A DNA stretch of 63,950 nucleotides, filler included, from Alloascoidea hylecoeti (taxonomy: Eukaryota), in assembly GCA_001600815.1 (NCBI GenBank). It is 24 parts of 24 records of this genome, joined end to end, with 100 filler letters (N's around TTAATTAATTAA, not from the genome) between each part and the next. Parts side by side here need not be neighbours in the genome. Positions count along the whole stretch, not along the records: positions 56,285 to 58,348 come from BCKZ01000090.1; positions 58,449 to 60,408 come from BCKZ01000091.1; positions 60,509 to 62,395 come from BCKZ01000092.1; positions 62,496 to 63,950 come from BCKZ01000105.1; 20 more parts are not named here. One strand, given 5' to 3'. Position 1 is the first letter of the stretch. Each line of letters starts with the position of its first letter. The notes under the pieces are model-generated. The model was not told the DNA's origin. It ran no database searches and saw nothing but the letters and a program-made list of their open reading frames with translations. Shown piece by piece: positions 56,735-63,950 of the stretch. Both the position numbers and the translations under genes were made by a program.

Positions 56735-58275
56735 GTGAAATAGGAGATTAACCCTCTTATGTTTTATAAGCTTAGTTATTAACCCTTTCCCGAACCAGTA
56801 CGTGCGACTTTCACCGCATACGGCTCTCCATTTAAGTTTTTTATTTACTTAAACTGCTTCCCTTCACCATGATAAATAAAGTAACCTTTATTATATCCCC
56901 CGTAGATCCCTCATATTACAAATGCTACTGAGGGGGGATATATGATTGTTTATTTTTATAGCTAATATGGAAACTCCGTTAACCTAAATCTTTCGGAAAG
57001 AGGTCAATCCCAAGTTCTTATTTCTAATCAATATATATTACCTTAGATTATGCCGGATGACTTTATCCTTTTTGTTAGTGATTTACTCTGTAAATAAAAT
57101 GCTACCGTTATTTACCACTTTTTTACCCCGGGACAATCCCCCGGGGACTGATCGCAATAATCATAGTAATCTTAGCTCGGGAACGAATATTTGAATTTCC
57201 CTTTTTAAACATGCTGTTGTCAGTTTCTAATTACTTAGAATACCTAAGTTTAACGCTTTACATCATTATCATCTCGCACATGAATGGGGGTAAAACCACG
57301 AAGGGGACTGTCACTGATTATATAGAGATACCTCGGTAGCTGCAAAAAAGCCGAGTGGATTATAAATGTATTTTATATCAGAACTCTTTTATTACAAATG
57401 GTTTGATTTGTTCTCTAATCTTTAACAATTCTTTATATGGTATTTGTATACGAGGTTTACCTTTTTCTTTATATATTACAGTATTTAAATCATATTTAAT
57501 TTTTAATATATTCATCAATAAAACTACTTCTTTATAAGAAAAAGAATCTGTACATAATATTGTACCTTTATTTTTTCTCGCTCCATCTCCCATTATTCAA
57601 TGAGCTATAGATATATAATTTATATAGTCATATATTTCCGATTTTATATGTTTATCATTAACCATTATACCTTTATCATTAACATGATATGTATACATTG
57701 TATTATATATATCGATTAAAATAGGTAAAGCTCTAGTCTTTAAAGTTAAAGCATAAAATAATTTACCTCTCTTTAAATTTTCAGTTATAAAAGGAGGTGA
57801 GGACATTATTATTCCTAATTCTTTATATAAATTAAAAATATAATACATATTTTTTAAGGACTGTTTAATACATATATTAGGATTTCAATCTTCTTTCCTT
57901 CTATTTATTCAACCATCTGATAATAATACACCTACTAATATACTCTTTTGTTTATATGTTAAATTTAAACTATTTTTTAATTGATTAGTTATACGACCTT
58001 TCAATATAGTATGATAAGGATTTAACTCTATTGAGCTATAGCTATAATCATATAGTCAAGAATCTCATATTATTAAATCAGTTTCTTTACCCCCCGTAGA
58101 TTTTTTCAGGGGTAATATTTTTGGATCTGATGATTGTGTTATAACGCCCCCTGGCGAAGTACCCCTCTGGCTCTGGCTCCCCCCAATGAAAGCTAAAGCT
58201 GGGGTCTGAGATGAAAAAAGTAAACTATGATGGAGTATTAACATACTCATGATTAGAAATAATGAAATGGCGCAC
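56735..58275 (-). mobile_element. Complete cox1 group II intron (1541 nt) encoding a LAGLIDADG endonuclease
   Basis: GTGCG at 58275; EBS1 GTAGCA (57100-57105) pairs with exon end TGCTAC; domain V at 56792-56826; ends TTCAC. Confidence 0.93.
57360..58275 (-). CDS. Double-motif LAGLIDADG endonuclease in frame with the upstream cox1 exon
   Basis: Table 4 frame continuous from the exon: [11 protein letters not shown]...IKQS...LKTRALP...IAHWIMGDG...LCTDSFS; TAA at 57360. Confidence 0.9.
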
Positions 58276-58348
58276 GTAGCACTTGTAAAGTAGGCTCTAG
58301 TATCTGCATCTAATCCTACTACATACATATGATGAGCTCATACTAAGA
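58276..58348 (-). CDS. cox1: cox1 exon ([24 protein letters not shown]); 5' truncated
   Basis: CuB-ligand WAHHM motif. Confidence 0.96.
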
Positions 58349-58448
58349 NNNNNNNNNNNNNNNNNNNNNNNNNNNNNNNNNNNNNNNNNNNNTTAATTAA
58401 TTAANNNNNNNNNNNNNNNNNNNNNNNNNNNNNNNNNNNNNNNNNNNN

Positions 58449-60043
58449 CTAGTGATCCATGCGAAAGATTAATAGCGAGGTTGCTGAAAATTAATTAGAC
58501 TTATCTCAGACATTTGATTGACCCAATGTGTGAAATATAATTGATGGTATGTACAAGAATTAATTGGCGTTTTGTGTGGTAGTTAATTAGCTATTTTCCG
58601 AAAGCTTATTTAATACTTTTCATCGTAAATTGAGATTACTCGGCTCTTCACGATGATGTTCTTCAGTAAATTTTTATATCCCATCATAGGTGTACTTTAT
58701 TTTTTCATCTTTTTCAAGCTATCGTCTTTTAAAGCTCCCTAACCTAACCAACACTAGATGTTTCGATTTTACGTGAATTCTTCAATACATTTGTCTGTCA
58801 ATTCAAAGGATGTGATTGGTGAATAATGGAAGATTTGTTAAGGGAGAATTAAAATCCGAAACGGGGTGCAAACAGGCTTTATTATCAAATTTAATATATC
58901 CACCAATATTCTTAAAGATCCCTTAAAAACTATCCGGAGTGGACTTAAGACTTCTAAGAGGGGGAAAGCTTTCATAACACATAATTCCCCTGATATAGAG
59001 AAGAGAAAGGCTTGTCGTGAGATTGGTGCTGCTGAGCTGAATACACTAAGTTGGAGAAAATATCTCACTCCATAAACAGAAAACACAAAAATTGTATATT
59101 GAAAAATCATTATCAGAATTACGAGATTAAATGGATTTTAGTGATAGTATAGAATTTAATTTATATTAGTTTTTGGTTAAGAAAATGGTGGTTGAAAAGA
59201 TCGATTATATTGTGTCCGGAATCCTGGTACCGTCCGGTATCTACAGACTTGACGGTACATCTAAGAAATGTATACGTAATACAAATNTGCAAATATAGAC
59301 TTGTATAATATGTATCAAATAATTTTATAACTATCTTCATGTTTTTATAAAGCATATAGATATAATCGGATATAAAATAATCGTGTCGCAAGTTTTTAAA
59401 CCCTATATCTATCTCTATCCTATTCTTCTACTATGTTAATGACTTTTCCACTCATATTTGTTGGTATTTAATTGATGCTTTAAACCTTCTAACACTACTT
59501 TAATTCTGAAAACTACAAGAGTTGATTAGTCATTAAACTTAACATTGCTTAATCCGAATGAAGGGTATTTCAACGTCTGTACCATAGATGGCATCATGTA
59601 AAAATTCCTTTAATTTACATTTTCTTCTCTGGAATGTTTTCTATTCACTTTCGATCCCTTACTGTTGTCATTTTAGCGTCTTTTTTGGGAGTTCATAACT
59701 ACGCGACGTTTCTGATGGTTCAACAAAAGATTTATGAATATTGTGCTGATGATGAGTTTGTTAAACAGTATTGATGAGAAAGGTTACTCAGATATTCTGA
59801 ACAGCATGTTAAGTATTGAGGAATTTATCAAGGATAAATATGAAACTAAAATTTTAATTGATTGGTAAACACACAACCCAATCCTAATTCAAACCGTGGA
59901 CGTGGAGGCGGATTTGCTAATAGTGAAGAATTAATTCTTGTACAGTACCAATTAGTGTTTACACATTGGGCAAATTAAATGTCTAATATAAGTCTAATTA
60001 ATTTTCAGCAACCTCGCTATTAATCTTTCGCACGGATCACTAG
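58449..60043. mobile_element. Degenerate element bounded by long inverted repeats (putative non-autonomous DNA transposon)
   Basis: 58449-58503 matches the reverse complement of 59989-60043 with one mismatch; imperfect match continues to about 115 bp; no intact internal ORF. Confidence 0.6.
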
Positions 60044-60508
60044 TTAAGTTTTGAATAAGTGGCTAATTAGTTATTCATACGCATCGCTAAATTAATTTAT
60101 GTAAATAACACTAAATAATTTACAGAAAATAGCGCTAATTAATTATCAAATTTTATTTTAATTAATTCTCAGAAAGATCGCTAATTATTCTCAAAAATAG
60201 CGCTACTAATAGGTGGAAGGACTGTATATACACCGTAAATAATTTTGGATGATTTATATGGGTGGTGGGGGAAATAATTGGTGCTTGAACCTTTTATTTC
60301 GCTGCATTTCTTGACTTTTGATGGATTGTTTTTGCTTTGTTTTTTCGATGTTGTCCGCCGCTGTCTTGGTAATAAATTAGAAAACGTATTTCCCAAAAAT
60401 ATCCGGGTNNNNNNNNNNNNNNNNNNNNNNNNNNNNNNNNNNNNNNNNNNNNTTAATTAATTAANNNNNNNNNNNNNNNNNNNNNNNNNNNNNNNNNNNN
60501 NNNNNNNN

Positions 60509-61824
60509 AGTAACTTTATTAAAGATTTGATAAAGAATAAAAATGAAGAATTAAAAGAAATTAATTCTACAATTTGGGAAAATCCTGAAGTTAGTTGGGA
60601 AGAAACAAAAGCTCATGATTTTTTGACAAATTATATGGAATCACAACCTGATTGGAAGGTTATTAAATCAGCTTGTGGTATTAAAACTGCTTTCATAGCC
60701 GAGTATAAAGTTGAAGGAGAATCAAAAACGGTAGTTTCTTTTAATGCTGAATTTGGTATGTTGTCTTATTAGGATATACACGGATTTATTTGTATTATCA
60801 GTTTTGTCTAATATTTTTCTACGGATGTTGAATAGATGCTCTTCCTGAAATCGGACATGCCTGTGGCCATAATCTTATCGCTACTTGTGGTGTTGTAGCT
60901 GCTATTTCAACAGCATTATCAATGAAAAAATATAACATTCCCGGAACTGTTAAATTATTTGGCACACCAGCAGAAGAGTTAGGTGGAGGTAAAACAAAAT
61001 TACTTAAAGCTGGTGCTTATGACAATGTTGATGTCTCGTTAATGGCCCATGGTATGNATGNANATCCAGNNNCTTTNNNTCNTACAACTGCCTTAACAAA
61101 TATCACAGTTGAATACTTTGGTAAAGAAGCACACGCGGCTGCGTTTCCACAACTTGGAGTTAATGCTTTAGATGCAATAGTAATTGCTTATAATGCCATT
61201 GGAGTATTAAGACAACAGTTTACCCCAGGTGATATCGTCCATGGATTTATTGAGAATGGCGGGGTAGCTGCAAATGTCATATCACCATATGTAAAAGGAG
61301 TATTTGGAATTCGAGCTCCATCTAGAGTAAGACTCGAGGCACTTAAAACTAAAGCAATGAATTGTTTCAAAGCTGGTTCAATTGCAACGGGATGTGAATT
61401 AAAAATTACTGAAAATTATGAATACCTAGACCTTGTATCGAATAAAAGAATGGCCGAAGTATATAGGAACCATATGAATAATTCATTTGGATATAGTATC
61501 CCACCACCTGAAGTTGAATTGCAATCACCTACGAATACTAGTGGAGCAAGTACAGATCAAGGCAATCTTTCTTGGGCTTTACCTGCTATTCATCCATTTT
61601 TTGTTATCCCATGTGAAGAAGGCCCCCATAATAAGAAATTTAAAGATGCTGCTGGTACCCAGGAAGCACATGATTCAGCAATTCGAACAGGTGTTGGTTT
61701 AGCGTTAACTGCTTTAGATTTGTTACAAGATGAAAAGTTGGTAAAAGAAATTAAGACGGAGTGGAAAAATACGATAGAACAATTGAGTTCACAGATGGAG
61801 AGCATCAAAGTTTTAAATAACTGA
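60509..61824 (+). CDS. M20 family amidohydrolase (PM20D2-like), intron 60756-60835; first codons lie on adjoining contigs
   Basis: NPEVSWEE, FNAEF|DALPEIGHACGHNLIA, GTPAEE, GKEAHAA, GVNALDA, ASTDQGN, GPH. Confidence 0.93.
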
Positions 61825-62279
61825 TATAACATAAACGGTAAGCATGTCTAGAAAAAACTATTTTCGTAAATTTAATTAGAAATTGTTATCGCATGTATGT
61901 AATACTTATATCTAACGAATTCTTTATCATTATAGGCTTTAACACTCATTATAATTTTTTTTAGAATGCATCATAATTCATGATATGATATCTCTTATCA
62001 TATTTTATCTTGACATATTTTTCAAATGCATGTAGTTAATAGTTAGGTAATTAATAGAGTTTAATATTCTATAAATATACATTAACTTATAATTTCAACT
62101 GCGGGGGAGTTTTATATAGCAGGGATTTATATATGGAGAAATCGGTAAATGAAACCCGAAAGAAATATGGAGAAAGTTATAAGAAACAAATTAGCACATC
62201 ATTAACTTCTTTACTTTTGATACATTCATCCTATAAACTTAATTTATTTTTATCAAAGAAACGTCGTGATAATTATAAA

Positions 62280-62395
62280 ATGATCAATAATATTGAATTG
62301 AGTAACTTTATTAAAGATTTGATAAAGAATAAAAATGAAGAATTAAAAGAAATTAATTCTACAATTTGGGAAAATCCTGAAGTTAGTTGGGAAGA
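62280..62395 (+). CDS. N-terminus of the next tandem M20 amidohydrolase copy (MINNIELSNF...)
   Basis: Contig ends with the same 95 nt it starts with, 455 nt after the previous stop. Confidence 0.88.
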
Positions 62396-63950
62396 NNNNN
62401 NNNNNNNNNNNNNNNNNNNNNNNNNNNNNNNNNNNNNNNTTAATTAATTAANNNNNNNNNNNNNNNNNNNNNNNNNNNNNNNNNNNNNNNNNNNNTTACT
62501 ATGTATCTCAAAACAATAGAATCACCATATCGTACACAATGTCTCCAACACATTATTCCTTTTTATTCTTTATTTCCTTAACATTTGATTTCTTTACCTA
62601 CAATAATCATTCAATTTCCTCATTCCNTCAAAACAATTTTTTAGTTAAATATATAATCTAAAGTTCCTCCACCTGTAATGGCCCTCGTTTAAAAATAATT
62701 GGCCTTACCACTGCGAATTAATTACCCTTCTCTTAGGTAATCAATTAAATTTATTTCAGATAATTATTTAGTCCTATGTGTGATTAATTGGTTACAGGAT
62801 ACCGTTACATTTGTAAATTTAATGACGCTATAACTTTTAATAAATTAATGATGATGGCAAAACTTAAAAAGCCATGACGTTGTGTTGGATATATATTAGA
62901 CTCTTAGAACAGTTCACTAAAGAGTCGATTGGCTTTTTGGCGCAACTGGGAGAACAGGCACTTTGAACTTTAACACTTTGTTTTAANTTACATGAGAACC
63001 TTACACTTCAACCTTCGTCCTTTATTTCGTTGACTAAATATATCAGCTGACTCAGATACTTCATCTAATTCATCATATCTCAATGATATAACCCCCTTCT
63101 TTATAAATACAGGAACTTAATCACTAACGTCATGATATAATAAATATAACTAAGGTGTTCCAAAATAGACTGATTCTTCTTTTCTTTAATAAACATTGAA
63201 TAAGAAGAAGAGTTCTTAAACAATATATGCAAACGAATCTGATAATTCAGTTGCATTTTATCCATTCATGTTTTAACATGTGTCGAGGAGATACTAGTTT
63301 AGATTTCATTAACAATTTTCCGGGTTTTGGTACAAGGAAGCATGAAACACCTCTTCTCATTGAATCTGCATTTTCTTCTTTAGATTCAATAACTTCTTGC
63401 TTGATTCATATAAATGTAATCGCAAATAAATACTGAAATACTTTTGCATCTGCGTATTTAAATAATATTTGCTAGTAGGTCTTACAATCGTAACAATCGT
63501 AGCACTGTGAATAACTATGTTACTATTTTGTACGTCAATATTTGTAAATACGACTTTAATCTGTATATATCATGGATCTGACTCCTACTTGTCCCTATTC
63601 TTTTATTTTGCCTTGTCTTGGTCCTGTGTATTTAATCCTAAATTAAGAAAAATGTATAAAATGCCTCAGTTTTGTTATGATGGTTATATTTTTTACTGTA
63701 TATAACGAGAAATATCCTTTAACTTATGAAAACGAATATATCATTATAAGTCAATGTACTTAAACCCTCTAATGATCTTAATTTATTACATTCAATTCTA
63801 TTGTGGTGACCTTATTGAAATCAATCTTTATCAATTGACCTAGAATTAATAGTTGCATTTTATTATACTAATTGCAATGCTACAAATTATGTGTGAACTG
63901 GTAATATAAGTAGATACATATCTTCACTATCATATCAACGCTGTGATTCC

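Noticed and set aside
63240..63460. Kinase-like C-terminal fragment (SPRHMLKHEWI) on the minus strand
   Set aside because: No upstream kinase motifs and the frame is interrupted; could be chance or a relic.

Overview
This window is not one locus. It is about 24 short unplaced contigs (about 3.3 kb down to under 2 kb, sorted by decreasing length) joined by an artificial 100-nt linker (N44-TTAATTAATTAA-N44). The source is an AT-rich, spliceosomal-intron-containing ascomycete, most likely an early-branching budding yeast (inference from HOP2, RRT12-like and RSM28-like genes, GTATGT/TACTAAC introns and mitochondrial nad5). Seven contigs are mitochondrial (TGA=Trp, table 4) and carry tiny cob, cox1 and nad5 exons separated by at least eight group II and four group I introns. 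The group II set includes three cob introns with mitochondrial-type RT/maturase/HNH ORFs, one of them with YADS in place of YADD. It also includes three cox1 introns whose RTs look chloroplast-like and share a ~100-aa insertion, and one complete cox1 group II intron that encodes a LAGLIDADG endonuclease in domain I instead of an RT. A family of GC-rich hairpins is inserted in frame into intron ORFs. Nuclear contigs carry an NRPS-like A-T-R reductase, probably tandem pectate lyases, tandem M20 amidohydrolases, a class 3 lipase, two Zn2Cys6 regulators, a divergent RRT12-like/HOP2 pair and a FAS1 relic. They also carry an RSM28-like gene flanked by inverted repeats and assembled in both orientations, a Ty3/gypsy element with an in-frame RT-to-chromodomain deletion, and a degenerate inverted-repeat element. 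All homology calls come from motif recognition by eye; no database search was run.
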